A DNA stretch of 34,390 bases from positions 1-34,390 of the forward strand of contig JANYFQ010000630.1 of assembly GCA_025362615.1 (NCBI GenBank), in the 5' to 3' direction. The stretch comes from Hymenobacter sp. Its GTDB lineage: Bacteria > Bacteroidota > Bacteroidia > Cytophagales > Hymenobacteraceae. The position numbers and the translations under genes are program-made. The notes beneath the pieces were generated by a model. The model made no database searches, was not told the DNA's origin, and saw nothing but the letters and a program-made list of their open reading frames with translations. Each line of letters begins with the position of its first letter. The stretch's first letter is position 1. Below, in pieces: positions 20,588 to 29,807 of this stretch.

Positions 20588-21940
20588 ATGTTTCGTTTCT
20601 ATAAACCAGTGATTTTGGCGGTTTCGCTGCTGGGCGGCGCTTTGCCGGCCGCCTGGGGGCAGGCCGCCGTGGTCAGTACGGTGGCCGGCAGCGGCACGGC
20701 GGGCCGCGCCGACGGGCCAGCGGCCACGGCGCAGTTCAACCAACCCTACGGCGTGGCCCTTGATGCGCAAGGCAACGCCTACGTGGCCGACCGTCTCAAC
20801 CACGTCATCCGCAAAATAACGGCGGCTGGTGTAGTGACGACCTTCGCCGGCAACGGCACGGCGGGCTACGGCGACGACCCCGTGGGGCTGCTGGCCGGTT
20901 TCGATATGCCGCACTCGGTGTTGCTGACCCCGGCCGGCAACCTGCTCGTGGCCGACACCGGCAACGACTGCATCCGGCAAATCAGCCCGGCCGGGGCCGT
21001 CACGACATTTGCTGGCTCCTTTACTGGAGGCTACGTGGACGGGCCGGCCGCTACCGCCCGGTTTTCCGGCCCCATCGGCATCGTACAAGATGCTGCCGGG
21101 AATGTGTACGTGGCCGATGCCGACAACTTTCGTATCCGCCGCATTGACCCAGCGGGCATGGTTAGCACCATCGCCGGAAGCGGAGTGCGCGGGCACCTGG
21201 ACGGCCCGGCGGCCACGGCCCGCTTTTTTGAGCCGCAGGGCATTACCCTCGACGCGGCGGGCAACCTCTACATCGCCGACCGGGCGGGCAACCGCATCCG
21301 CAAGCTCACGCCGGCCGGCGTGGTGAGCACCTACGCGGGCGGGGCCACCGGCGGCTACCTCGACGGCCCGGCGGCCACCGCCCGCTTCAACGCGCCCATC
21401 GGCGTGGCCGTGGATGCCGGCAGTGGCGACGTGTACGTGAGCGACCGCGACAACCAGCGCCTGCGTCGCATTGAGGCCGCTACCAGTTTGGTGAGTACAG
21501 TAGCAGGCACCGGCGCGGTGGGCAACACCGATGGCCCCGCCCCGACGGCCCGCTTCGCCAGCCCTCGGGGCTTGGCCTTGCATCGGGGCAGCCTTTACGT
21601 GGCCGACCTCGCCAATCACCGCATCCGGCGCGTGTCCGGGCTGCCGCTGGCCGCTACTGGTGCTCGCCCGGTGCTGCCCGTGCCGACGCTGGAGGTGTAT
21701 CCGAATCCGGCCGCTGGCCCCGTGGCCGTGCGCTACCACCTGCCGCAAGCCGGGCGCGTGAGCTCAACCCTGATTGACGGGCTGGGCCGCCCCGTGGCCC
21801 GCCCCGTGGCGGAAGGCTGGCGGAGCGGCGGCTGGCACGAAGCCCGCCTGACAACCGAGCACCTGCCCGCCGGGCTATATTTCGTCCAACTGACGGTAAC
21901 TGGTCAAACCTTAACCCAACGCTTGGCGCTGACCCGCTGA
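20588..21940 (+). CDS. NHL-repeat beta-propeller protein with T9SS type A C-terminal domain
   Basis: Signal peptide AWG-Q, about six repeats of AG.G..G..DGPA..A.F..P.G......G..YVAD..N.RIR, C-terminal VYPNP..LPAGLYFV. -7 box TATATTTG at 20548-20555. Confidence 0.9.
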   Translation: MFRFYKPVILAVSLLGGALPAAWGQAAVVSTVAGSGTAGRADGPAATAQFNQPYGVALDAQGNAYVADRLNHVIRKITAAGVVTTFAGNGTAGYGDDPVGLLAGFDMPHSVLLTPAGNLLVADTGNDCIRQISPAGAVTTFAGSFTGGYVDGPAATARFSGPIGIVQDAAGNVYVADADNFRIRRIDPAGMVSTIAGSGVRGHLDGPAATARFFEPQGITLDAAGNLYIADRAGNRIRKLTPAGVVSTYAGGATGGYLDGPAATARFNAPIGVAVDAGSGDVYVSDRDNQRLRRIEAATSLVSTVAGTGAVGNTDGPAPTARFASPRGLALHRGSLYVADLANHRIRRVSGLPLAATGARPVLPVPTLEVYPNPAAGPVAVRYHLPQAGRVSSTLIDGLGRPVARPVAEGWRSGGWHEARLTTEHLPAGLYFVQLTVTGQTLTQRLALTR

Positions 21941-21981
21941 GTGCTATTTCAACTCCCAATCCCCAATTACATTCACCTCCC

Positions 21982-24498
21982 ATGAAAAATTTACACACCC
22001 TTCCCGCCTCCCCCTCATCTAGTTCATTACTAACTGGTTGGCTATTTTTCTTGGGAGTGCTGTGGGCTAGTTACGGCCATGCTCAAGAACGACCGATGGC
22101 CGTGGTGTACGACGAAAAAGAACAACCTTCGCACATCGAGCGCGAGGTCATCGTTCGATTTGACCCAGCGGAAATTAACGTCCGTGCCGTGGATGACATC
22201 GAATTTCAAGGCGGCCTTCTCAAGGAAGTACTACGCGACGGTGCGATTGAGCAGCTTTCGAAAGTGCTTGGTTACGATGCCGGGGGCGTTGAGGTCTTCA
22301 AGATATTCACCCGAATGACGAGCGCCGACACGCTTTCCGTCACGCGGTTGGGCGACACCATCCGCGTTGATGACCATTGGGCTACGTTTGTGCTGCAACT
22401 GCCGAAAGGCTTCAACGAGCAGGAAACGAGTAAACGGCTGAACGAGGCATCGCCGCTGGTAAGATACGCGCACTTGAATTGGGTGCTGCAAAGTAGCAGG
22501 CCCATAACTCCAATGGGAACCCCGCAGGATGCCCTTTTCACGCAGCAAGCCAATCTGCAGCCAACGTCGTTGTACAAAAACGGGCACATTAATATTTTGG
22601 GCGCTTGGGCAAATGCGACAACTGGCTCAAATGCTGTTCGCGTGGGCGTGGTGGACAGCGGAATTGACAACCAACACCCTGACTTTGCGCTGACACCCTT
22701 CACTTCAGTAGTTACGGGAGGACGTAACTATGTGCCGGGCGCACCAGCCTGGGACCCGCGTCTTCCGCAGGATTTCAATGGGCACGGCACCGCAGCTGCT
22801 GGCATCATCGGAGCAATACGCAACAATCAAACAGGTATTGCGGGCATTGCCGGGGGTACTTACGGCGTTTCTCCAAGCAGACCCGGTGTCCAACTTTTTG
22901 ACCTGAGAGCCCTTGCCTTCAACGGCCAAACGGTAGTGAGTACGTTGGCCGCTACCATTGTAGATGGAGCCTCCAATTTTGTTTCCAGTGGGGGTGGGGC
23001 CGGTCTTGACATATTGAACATCAGTGCAGGCAGCACCGCAGCAGCTTCTCCTGGTGGGCCGAGTACTTTAAAAGATGCTATGCGAACGGCCTACCAGAAC
23101 AACTGCATTGTAGTAGCTGCTCGTGGCAATGGTGCCTCTGCCACTACCACTGTTACTTCGCCCTATTTTCCGGCCACCTTTTTTGATGATTGGGTGATAA
23201 GCGTAGGAGCTAGTGGCACCGACGGCCAGTACAAGTACAGCGGTAACGGCAATAATGCTACAAACGCCGGTGCTTTCGTTGACCCAAGCGACCGAGCCTA
23301 TGAAAGCAGCTACGGAAGTGGAATGGACCTCATTGCGCCTGGCACAACTGCTCTTGTAGTAACTACTGGCTCACGAAATGCGCCAACACCTCCCTTGTTT
23401 GGAACAGCAATACCTGGGTACCCAAACTATACTACTTTTAACGGAACTTCAGCCGCCGCGCCGCACGTAGCAGGGGTAGCAGCACTGGTGCTCAGCAATT
23501 TTAACACGCCAAGCAATAAACTCGCTCCAGAAGACGTGGAACAATTGCTGCAATTCACGGCAAAAGACCGGAACAATGCCATGCAACAGGCACCTAATAT
23601 CCCGCTTGCCACCCCTGGCTACGATGACCTCACAGGCTGGGGATTACTGGATGCCGGGGCTGCAATGGAACGCTCGAAGCCCGGTGTTTACAAGTTTGTT
23701 CATGCCCGCATCCTGACAAGGACTAACCAAGGACCGCTTTTATCAAATCAGCAGATAACGCTGGCATCGAACTACACTAGCCGTAACAGCGGTATAACGT
23801 ATAGCGGAGGCATTCCAATTACAGCAGACATTTATAGGGTTTCTACTACTGTACAGGTACGTTCGTCCAACGGCACAGGTAACCCAGTGGTTCCGGTGCC
23901 TGATGCTGCCGACGCGCTCCTACGGGTCTGGCCTCGCAACGGGGCTTCTAATATGTGGGGGCCTGTTGGTAATACTGGGCTTGTAACCCCGGAACCGGGC
24001 ATTCGGGTAACTTCTCCTAATGCGCCGCCCCTCAATGCACCGTATTACACCCAGTTAGCCAACCAGAACACAATTGTGGTAGAAGGGTATGCTTACCTCG
24101 TACGTGTACCGAACTCAACGTCGGGGCAGGTCGAATGGATACCGAATGACCCCACCACTAACGCACGATTTGACCTAACCTTTTACACCTACAACCAAGC
24201 AAAGGATTATCCTTATTATTACAATCGTGCGGCAACCGGATTCTCTTCGACTGCTTATCCTAACCCAGCGGCCCGTAACATGGCAATCACATACGATGAC
24301 AGTCCGAATAATGGGACAGCAGTAGTCGAAATTTGGTCTATGACTGGCCGTAAAATGCAGCAATTCAGTTTTGCTGCGGCTACCGATTTTGGTTTACGTA
24401 CCGTGCAGTTGGAATTACCGGAACTGCCAACCGGCCTCTACACCTACCGGCTGATTACCGCTCAAGGCGTAAGCGTGGGCAAGTTTATTAAGGAGTAG
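21982..24498 (+). CDS. S8 (subtilisin-like) serine peptidase with T9SS type A C-terminal domain
   Basis: Catalytic triad VVDSG, GHGTAAAG, FNGTSAAAPHVAG; oxyanion ARGN; C-terminal AYPNP..LPTGLYTYRL. Confidence 0.92.
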   Translation: MKNLHTLPASPSSSSLLTGWLFFLGVLWASYGHAQERPMAVVYDEKEQPSHIEREVIVRFDPAEINVRAVDDIEFQGGLLKEVLRDGAIEQLSKVLGYDAGGVEVFKIFTRMTSADTLSVTRLGDTIRVDDHWATFVLQLPKGFNEQETSKRLNEASPLVRYAHLNWVLQSSRPITPMGTPQDALFTQQANLQPTSLYKNGHINILGAWANATTGSNAVRVGVVDSGIDNQHPDFALTPFTSVVTGGRNYVPGAPAWDPRLPQDFNGHGTAAAGIIGAIRNNQTGIAGIAGGTYGVSPSRPGVQLFDLRALAFNGQTVVSTLAATIVDGASNFVSSGGGAGLDILNISAGSTAAASPGGPSTLKDAMRTAYQNNCIVVAARGNGASATTTVTSPYFPATFFDDWVISVGASGTDGQYKYSGNGNNATNAGAFVDPSDRAYESSYGSGMDLIAPGTTALVVTTGSRNAPTPPLFGTAIPGYPNYTTFNGTSAAAPHVAGVAALVLSNFNTPSNKLAPEDVEQLLQFTAKDRNNAMQQAPNIPLATPGYDDLTGWGLLDAGAAMERSKPGVYKFVHARILTRTNQGPLLSNQQITLASNYTSRNSGITYSGGIPITADIYRVSTTVQVRSSNGTGNPVVPVPDAADALLRVWPRNGASNMWGPVGNTGLVTPEPGIRVTSPNAPPLNAPYYTQLANQNTIVVEGYAYLVRVPNSTSGQVEWIPNDPTTNARFDLTFYTYNQAKDYPYYYNRAATGFSSTAYPNPAARNMAITYDDSPNNGTAVVEIWSMTGRKMQQFSFAAATDFGLRTVQLELPELPTGLYTYRLITAQGVSVGKFIKE

Positions 24499-24504
24499 AA
24501 CGCC

Positions 24505-25602
24505 ATGAGAGCGTTGCTGAGCAAAAGTTTGGCTGTGGCTGGACTCTTGGTGTTGCTGGGCTGCTCGAGGCTGCTAACGCCAGCGTTTCGACTTGCTGCC
24601 CCCAGTAACCCGGCTGCCCCCGTGGATTGCAGCCCGATAGTATTCAAGAAAATCCCCGACGACTGGGTTACAGCACCAGAGTTCGGCTGGCACGTTTTTC
24701 CGGATGGATGCCTGCGCCGCCACCCCGTTTTCAACCCATATAACCCCGATGAAGTAGCCTACCGGCTGGACAGTGGCAGCGGTTTCGCTCGGCGCTCGGC
24801 GCATGAAAAGCATCCGAACGGCATTTGGGTGGTGAACCTTCGTACAAAGCAGCAACACCAACTGCCCGACAGCTATGACACTTTTGATTACCAGCCACGG
24901 CCCGGCAATAACTACTGGTTGACTTGCAAGTTTGGGACGGAATTGTGGGGCCTCAACGGGCAAAACGGGGGCCGGCGGCTCCTCATTAACCCGGCTCCCG
25001 AAGGAGCAAAGTGGAGCCCCGACGGGCGGCAATTGGTGAGCCGCGCTTGGGAAACGGGGGCCCCGCAAGGCCCCTTCACGGGGCACTTGCTGCTCTCGGA
25101 TACCGCTGGGCACCGCATTCTTGCTCCTGTGCTGGAAGCCCGCGCCGGGCTGCCGGGTCCGTGGTCACCGGATGGTCGGTGGCTGCTGCTGGGCGCTCCC
25201 GAAGCAGCCGTGCGTACAGTGTGCCTCTACGAGTTTGCCACAGGCAATTTGCAATTCGTCCGCCTGCCGTTCGATGCTGCGCTGCCTTGGGCAGATGCCT
25301 CCTGGGTAGGGGCGGCGTGGCTACCCGATTCTCAAGGTTTCGTATGGTGCATTGACGGAGGGCTTTACCGCACTTCGCTGGCCACTGGCATTACCACCCA
25401 GCTACGGGCCGTGTGCATCCGCCAAATTTATGAAGCGGTTTCGGTGGCGAGCGATGGACAACAAATGGTACTGCAACGCGCCGACCAGCGCATTCACTCC
25501 GACAGCCTCCACCGGCATCGTGCCACCAACCTCTGGACAATGAACTTGGACGGTTCCAACGAGCGCAAAATGGTGTTTCGGAAAAGCCGCCAACGCAAGT
25601 GA
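24505..25602 (+). CDS. Putative lipoprotein with TolB/PD40-like beta-propeller repeats
   Basis: Lipobox LLG-C; WSPDG twice, WLPDS, VASDG; C-terminal LWTMNLDGSNER. Confidence 0.75.
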   Translation: MRALLSKSLAVAGLLVLLGCSRLLTPAFRLAAPSNPAAPVDCSPIVFKKIPDDWVTAPEFGWHVFPDGCLRRHPVFNPYNPDEVAYRLDSGSGFARRSAHEKHPNGIWVVNLRTKQQHQLPDSYDTFDYQPRPGNNYWLTCKFGTELWGLNGQNGGRRLLINPAPEGAKWSPDGRQLVSRAWETGAPQGPFTGHLLLSDTAGHRILAPVLEARAGLPGPWSPDGRWLLLGAPEAAVRTVCLYEFATGNLQFVRLPFDAALPWADASWVGAAWLPDSQGFVWCIDGGLYRTSLATGITTQLRAVCIRQIYEAVSVASDGQQMVLQRADQRIHSDSLHRHRATNLWTMNLDGSNERKMVFRKSRQRK

Positions 25603-25620
25603 GTTGGTTTCTAAATTCAT

Positions 25621-25660
25621 AAAAAAAGGCGGCCACTCGCATAGAGGAGCCGCCTTTTTT
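25621..25660. terminator. Bidirectional intrinsic terminator
   Basis: A7-ggcggc...gccgcc-T6 between convergent genes. Confidence 0.8.
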
Positions 25661-25704
25661 GATAGAAGACCGAGGCCATCGTTTTCGCCAACCGGCCTTC
25701 ATCG

Positions 25705-26151
25705 CTACTTTATCACCGTCACGTCGTTGGCGGTTTCGGGGAAGGTGAAACGGCCGCCGACGGCTTTTTTGCCGCCCACCAGGCACTCCCAGGTGTAGCG
25801 GCCGGGCACGGCCTTGGCGGCCTCGCCGCCTTCGGTTTTGAAGTAGTCCGGCTCCGAAGGTTCGGTGGGGAAGAGGACGTCGATGCCGCTTTGGCCTTTT
25901 TCTAATTCTTTTACCAGCAGGTAATCTTTGCCGGTTTTTTCGTTGTGAACCACGAAGGTGGCCGTGTAGGGGCCAAGCTGGCCGAATTTGTCGAGTACGC
26001 CGAGTTTGATTTGGGCCGTGGTACTTACCATCCACGTTTGGGCGCGAGCGCCAGCCGTCGAAGCGAAAGTCAGTACGAGCAAAAGGGCGGCTAAGCGCCC
26101 CCAGGCAGGCAATCTAAAAGTGCGAACCAGAGCAGGTAAGGTTAGTTTCAT
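25705..26151 (-). CDS. Hypothetical exported protein
   Basis: Signal peptide ending ARA-Q, beta-rich mature region, GC3-biased codons. Confidence 0.75.
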   Translation of the reverse strand: MKLTLPALVRTFRLPAWGRLAALLLVLTFASTAGARAQTWMVSTTAQIKLGVLDKFGQLGPYTATFVVHNEKTGKDYLLVKELEKGQSGIDVLFPTEPSEPDYFKTEGGEAAKAVPGRYTWECLVGGKKAVGGRFTFPETANDVTVIK

Positions 26152-26319
26152 GGCAAAGAGGTGTTGGGAATGAATAGGACTATGACGACCCAAAAGTGTG
26201 TTCGTTGCTATCTTCGCCAGGCAAGATAACACTTTACCGGGCAGACGCACGTAATGAGGGGATTTGAGGACTGCTTAATTTTCGGTAAAACAAAGGGTGT
26301 ACCAACTTTTTAATGCGTT

Positions 26320-26643
26320 ATGTCCCGTAGTTCGCGCCTGCGCCTGGCCACTGCGCCGCCCCTGGTGTTGCCCACCGAAACGCGCTGCGGCCTCTGCGAG
26401 CGGGCGGTGGGGAGCACCTCGCGGCACCACCTGGTGCCCAAGGCCGAAGGGGGCCGCTTTGGTGAGGTGGTGGACTTGTGCCAGCCCTGCCACAGCAGCG
26501 TTCATCGCTTTTTGAGCAACCGCGACCTGGCCCGCCGCTACGCTACGGTAGATGCCCTGCGGCAGGCCGAGGAACTGCAGGGCTACCTGCACTGGGTGCG
26601 GCGGCAGCGCGTCGAGCGCATCCGCAACCGGCGGGGGGTGTGA
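26320..26643 (+). CDS. Small HNH endonuclease-like protein (YisB-like)
   Basis: CGLC..SRHHLVPK.EGG..LCQPCHSSVH..SN. Confidence 0.8.
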   Translation: MSRSSRLRLATAPPLVLPTETRCGLCERAVGSTSRHHLVPKAEGGRFGEVVDLCQPCHSSVHRFLSNRDLARRYATVDALRQAEELQGYLHWVRRQRVERIRNRRGV

Positions 26644-26727
26644 ATTATGAGTTATGAGTTATGAATTATGCCTCGCTTGCCCAAAAGGCAGAAGCACAAA
26701 ATAATTAATAACTAATAACTCATAATT
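26643..26727. repeat. Palindrome with 27-bp arms of the TTATGAG/TTATGAA heptamer
   Basis: aattatgagttatgagttatgaattat / ataattaataactaataactcataatt (25/27). Its ends touch both convergent stop codons. Confidence 0.88.
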
Positions 26728-27637
26728 AAATTTTGAACCAGAGCGTGAGGACGAACGCCGCGCTCAGGCAGAGCGACGACACCACGTTGAGGCGCATGGT
26801 GCGCTCGAAATTGGCGGCGGCGGGGTCGCGCCACACCTGCACGGCCCAGCGGCCAAACACGAAAACGACCGGCAGCGTAGCCGCACCGAAGAGCAGCAAC
26901 GAGCGCCACTCCTGCCGCTGCGCGTAGGCCAGGGCCAGGGTGCCGGCACCGGCCAGCAAGCCGATGGCGGCGAAAACAAACGTGCCCCGAATGCCCAGCT
27001 GCAAGCTTAGCGTGTGGTCGCCGCGCCGTGCATCTTCTTCGTGCTGATACACCTGGGTAAGCGGATAGGAGCCGCACAGGAATAGGGAGCTGACGAGGGC
27101 CAGCAACAAATTGGAAGTGTCAAAAATTAAGAAGCGGCTGGCTCCTACGCCTACCTGGGTCATCAAAAAAGTGAAGGCCCCCTGAAACACCACCACCACT
27201 GCCGTGCTTAGCAGCGGATATTTTTTCAGCCGGATGCCCTCGAAGCTGTACGCCTTCGACACCAGTAAATAAATCAGCAGCAATGCCGCAAATAACGGAC
27301 TTAGCAGCCCGGCACCGGCCAGGGCCAGGGCATCGAAAAGCCACACCAGGTGCAGCAACTCGGGCGTAACCGGGGGCGGGCTTTTGAGGCCGCCGATGCT
27401 GCCTTCGTCGCGGTCGTAGAACGAGTTGTAGCCGTTGGATGCCGGATAGGCCAGCAGGTGCAGCACCACAAACACGCCCAGCGCCCGCCCGCCCGACCAG
27501 ACCCCGGCCGGCAACGCGCTGAGACCGAACCAGTAAACGGGCATCAAGAACACAGAAAAGGGAATGCGCAACAGGAGCAGTGCCCGGCGGTAGGCTTTTA
27601 AGGTTTCTGGTTGCTGGTTACTTGTTTCTGGTTGCAC
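26726..27637 (-). CDS. UbiA-family prenyltransferase
   Basis: LRIPFS, YPASNGYNSFYDRDEG and YQHEEDARRGD acidic motifs, multiple TM helices. The nearest in-frame start is GTG at 27637, inside the repeat element. Confidence 0.85.
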   Translation of the reverse strand: MQPETSNQQPETLKAYRRALLLLRIPFSVFLMPVYWFGLSALPAGVWSGGRALGVFVVLHLLAYPASNGYNSFYDRDEGSIGGLKSPPPVTPELLHLVWLFDALALAGAGLLSPLFAALLLIYLLVSKAYSFEGIRLKKYPLLSTAVVVVFQGAFTFLMTQVGVGASRFLIFDTSNLLLALVSSLFLCGSYPLTQVYQHEEDARRGDHTLSLQLGIRGTFVFAAIGLLAGAGTLALAYAQRQEWRSLLLFGAATLPVVFVFGRWAVQVWRDPAAANFERTMRLNVVSSLCLSAAFVLTLWFKI

Positions 27638-27734
27638 GTTTTGGGTGGTTGGGGCTGGAACGGTGGTTTTTTCTGCGTAAAATACTGATAATGAGCAATA
27701 AAGTAATGAGCGACAAGAAACGTGAAACCAGCAG
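27602..27734. repeat. Degenerate heptamer palindromic element, same family as 4313-4404
   Basis: gtttctggttgctggttacttgtttctggttg (27603-27634) matches 4314-4345 at 29/32 positions. Eroded partner arm cgacaagaaacgtgaaaccagcag. Confidence 0.75.
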
Positions 27735-27737
27735 TCC

Positions 27738-28520
27738 TCACCTCGGCCAACCGATGAGGTAGGTGACTTGCGCCCCCCAGCGGCACCGCTTTTTGCCCGC
27801 TTCCCAGGCAAAAACCCCCGTGGGGTCGGCCTGCCGGGCCAGCGCCAGGAGCTGCGCCGGCGAGTACATCCGCAGCAGCGACACCGTGCCGTCCCAGATA
27901 GTGCAGAGCGGAATCAGGGGCAGCAAGTACGTAAAAAGCAGCCGGCTGAAACGGAAAGGTCGGAAAAATGGCGTCAGCAGGAGTTGGGCCAGGGGCAGCA
28001 CCGTCCAGGCCGCCGCAAACTCCCACCAGTTGCGGCCCGCGCCCTCGAACACGCCGATGCCAGCGTTGGCTTGGACGGCGTTGGCCAGCAGCGCCGTGGC
28101 CGCCGGCGGGGCAAAGTGGTGAAAGGCGGAGAAAATGGTGCGGAAGCCAGCGAGGTGGGCGGGCACTTGCACCGCATCGATGGGCTGCGGCTCGCCGCGC
28201 ACGGCCCCGTGGGTGCGGGCCGAAAGGTCGGCCCAGGCGGTGGGTTGGGGGTAAAGGTCGGTGAGGACGACGCGCAGGCCGGGGTGGCCGGCGGCTTGCA
28301 GTTCGCGCCACAGGCCCTCGGTGCCGCCGCCCGCGCCCGCACCTAGCTCCAGCAGCGTGGTGTGGCCGGTGCGGTGCAAGGCTTCGGCCAGCAGCGGCAC
28401 GATGGGGCGGTAGATGTGCAGCGCCGAAATCATAAACCGCAGGTAGTCCATCATGCCCGCCCGCAGCACCGCCGGGAACCAGGGCAGGTCTTCAAACTCA
28501 AAGAGGCGTATTTTCTTCAC
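27738..28520 (-). CDS. Class I SAM-dependent methyltransferase-like protein
   Basis: LFEFEDLPWFP, LLELGAGAGG (motif I), LTDLYP, AFHHF, WDGTVSLLRMYS. Confidence 0.82.
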   Translation of the reverse strand: MKKIRLFEFEDLPWFPAVLRAGMMDYLRFMISALHIYRPIVPLLAEALHRTGHTTLLELGAGAGGGTEGLWRELQAAGHPGLRVVLTDLYPQPTAWADLSARTHGAVRGEPQPIDAVQVPAHLAGFRTIFSAFHHFAPPAATALLANAVQANAGIGVFEGAGRNWWEFAAAWTVLPLAQLLLTPFFRPFRFSRLLFTYLLPLIPLCTIWDGTVSLLRMYSPAQLLALARQADPTGVFAWEAGKKRCRWGAQVTYLIGWPR

Positions 28521-29073
28521 GGGGCGGCATACGTAATTCGGCGGCCAGCCGCCACGAAGCCCAAGCGGTGGAGAACAGCCAGGGCAGGCTGACTACCTGG
28601 AAAAGGCCCGCAAAGTAGGCTAGTTTCTGGACGGAGCTTGTGGTGTGGTGCGGATAGGTAAGCCACCAGTACCAAAGCACCAGCAGCGCCACATTCGCCT
28701 CAAAACCAAACATTGAGCCGCCCACCAGGTGCCACCGGCTGCGGGCTTGGCGGCACAACCACCGCAACCAAGGCTGCCGCAGCAAGCCGCCCACGGCCGA
28801 CGGAACGCCCACAAAGCAAACCAGCATGAGACCCCAGATTATCGTCGCACCTGCGAAGCCCCCGCTGCCGACCATTTTGAGCGAAAATCCAGTCGGCGCG
28901 CAACGCAGTTGGTCGTACAGTTCGATTATCCCCAGCGCAAGCATTCCCAACAGCAGCCCTTGCCACCAGTGGCGGCGGTAGTGCCGCCAGCAAGCCGCCC
29001 GAATGGCTTGGGGCGACGGGCCGCCCGAAGGCCAGGACGCAAGCCGGTCAGAAAAATTATTTTCGGTCATCAT
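28498..29073 (-). CDS. Hypothetical membrane protein (~4 TM)
   Basis: Four hydrophobic segments. ATGATG start just downstream of a TATGTTTG -7 box. The 3' end overlaps the methyltransferase start by 23 nt. Confidence 0.6.
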   Translation of the reverse strand: MMTENNFSDRLASWPSGGPSPQAIRAACWRHYRRHWWQGLLLGMLALGIIELYDQLRCAPTGFSLKMVGSGGFAGATIIWGLMLVCFVGVPSAVGGLLRQPWLRWLCRQARSRWHLVGGSMFGFEANVALLVLWYWWLTYPHHTTSSVQKLAYFAGLFQVVSLPWLFSTAWASWRLAAELRMPPREENTPL

Positions 29074-29077
29074 ACCA

Positions 29078-29120
29078 CAAACATACAAGTTGTTGTTGTA
29101 ACTTTGCATCACAAAGCACT
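29078..29120. promoter_or_regulatory. Back-to-back -7 boxes and palindromic operator ACTTTG-N5-CAAAGCACT
   Basis: TATGTTTG on minus (29078-29085), TAACTTTG on plus (29099-29106), actttgcatcacaaagcact (29101-29120). Confidence 0.7.
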
Positions 29121-29129
29121 TCGAGAACT

Positions 29130-29807
29130 ATGAAGCCCGCCCCTCCCGCCTTTGCCGACCCGTTGGCCCAACTCACCGAAATACGCGCCATTATGGAGCG
29201 CAGCTCACGCTTTTTGTCGCTTTCGGGCCTGAGCGGGGTGGGGGCGGGGCTGGTGGCGCTGGCGGGCGCGGCGGCGGCGCACCTTTACCTGCAAAGCCAC
29301 TACCCGGCCGGCTACGTCGGTTTGCTCGACGGTTCGCGGGCCGAGCGGCTGGCGGCGCTGCCGTTTTTATTACTGCTGGCCAGCAGCATGGCAGGCGCGG
29401 CGGTGCTGGTGGCCTGGTACTTCACGCGCCGCCGGATGCAGCAGCAGGGCAGCACCCAGCCGCTCTGGAACAGCCTGACGCGGCGGCTGTTGGTGGCGCT
29501 GGCGCTGCCGCTGGGGGTGGGCGGCCTGTTTTGCCTGCGGCTGTATCTGGGGGCCGATGCCGGGCTGGTGGTGCCGGGGCTGCTGGTTTTTTACGGCCTG
29601 GCGCTGCTGAATGCCAGCAAGTACACGTTCACCGAAATTCGGTGGTTGGGCCTGACGCAGACGGTGTTGGGGCTGGTGGCGATGCTGAACCCAGCCGGGG
29701 GCCTCGTCTTTTTTGGGTTGGGCTTTGGACTGGGGCACATCGGCTACGGCCTGCTCATGTACGCCCGTTACGAGCGGCCCGGCGCGGCGGCTGCCCCGGC
29801 CGCATGA
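29130..29807 (+). CDS. Conserved membrane protein coupled to a winged-helix regulator
   Basis: EIRAIMERSSRFLSLSGLSG, FYGLALLNASKYT, GFGLGHIGYG, ~6 TM. ATGA overlap with the next gene. Confidence 0.85.
   Translation: MKPAPPAFADPLAQLTEIRAIMERSSRFLSLSGLSGVGAGLVALAGAAAAHLYLQSHYPAGYVGLLDGSRAERLAALPFLLLLASSMAGAAVLVAWYFTRRRMQQQGSTQPLWNSLTRRLLVALALPLGVGGLFCLRLYLGADAGLVVPGLLVFYGLALLNASKYTFTEIRWLGLTQTVLGLVAMLNPAGGLVFFGLGFGLGHIGYGLLMYARYERPGAAAAPAA

Noticed and set aside
20680-21620. Repeated gacggcccggcggccac DNA motifs
   Set aside because: Fully explained by NHL protein repeats.
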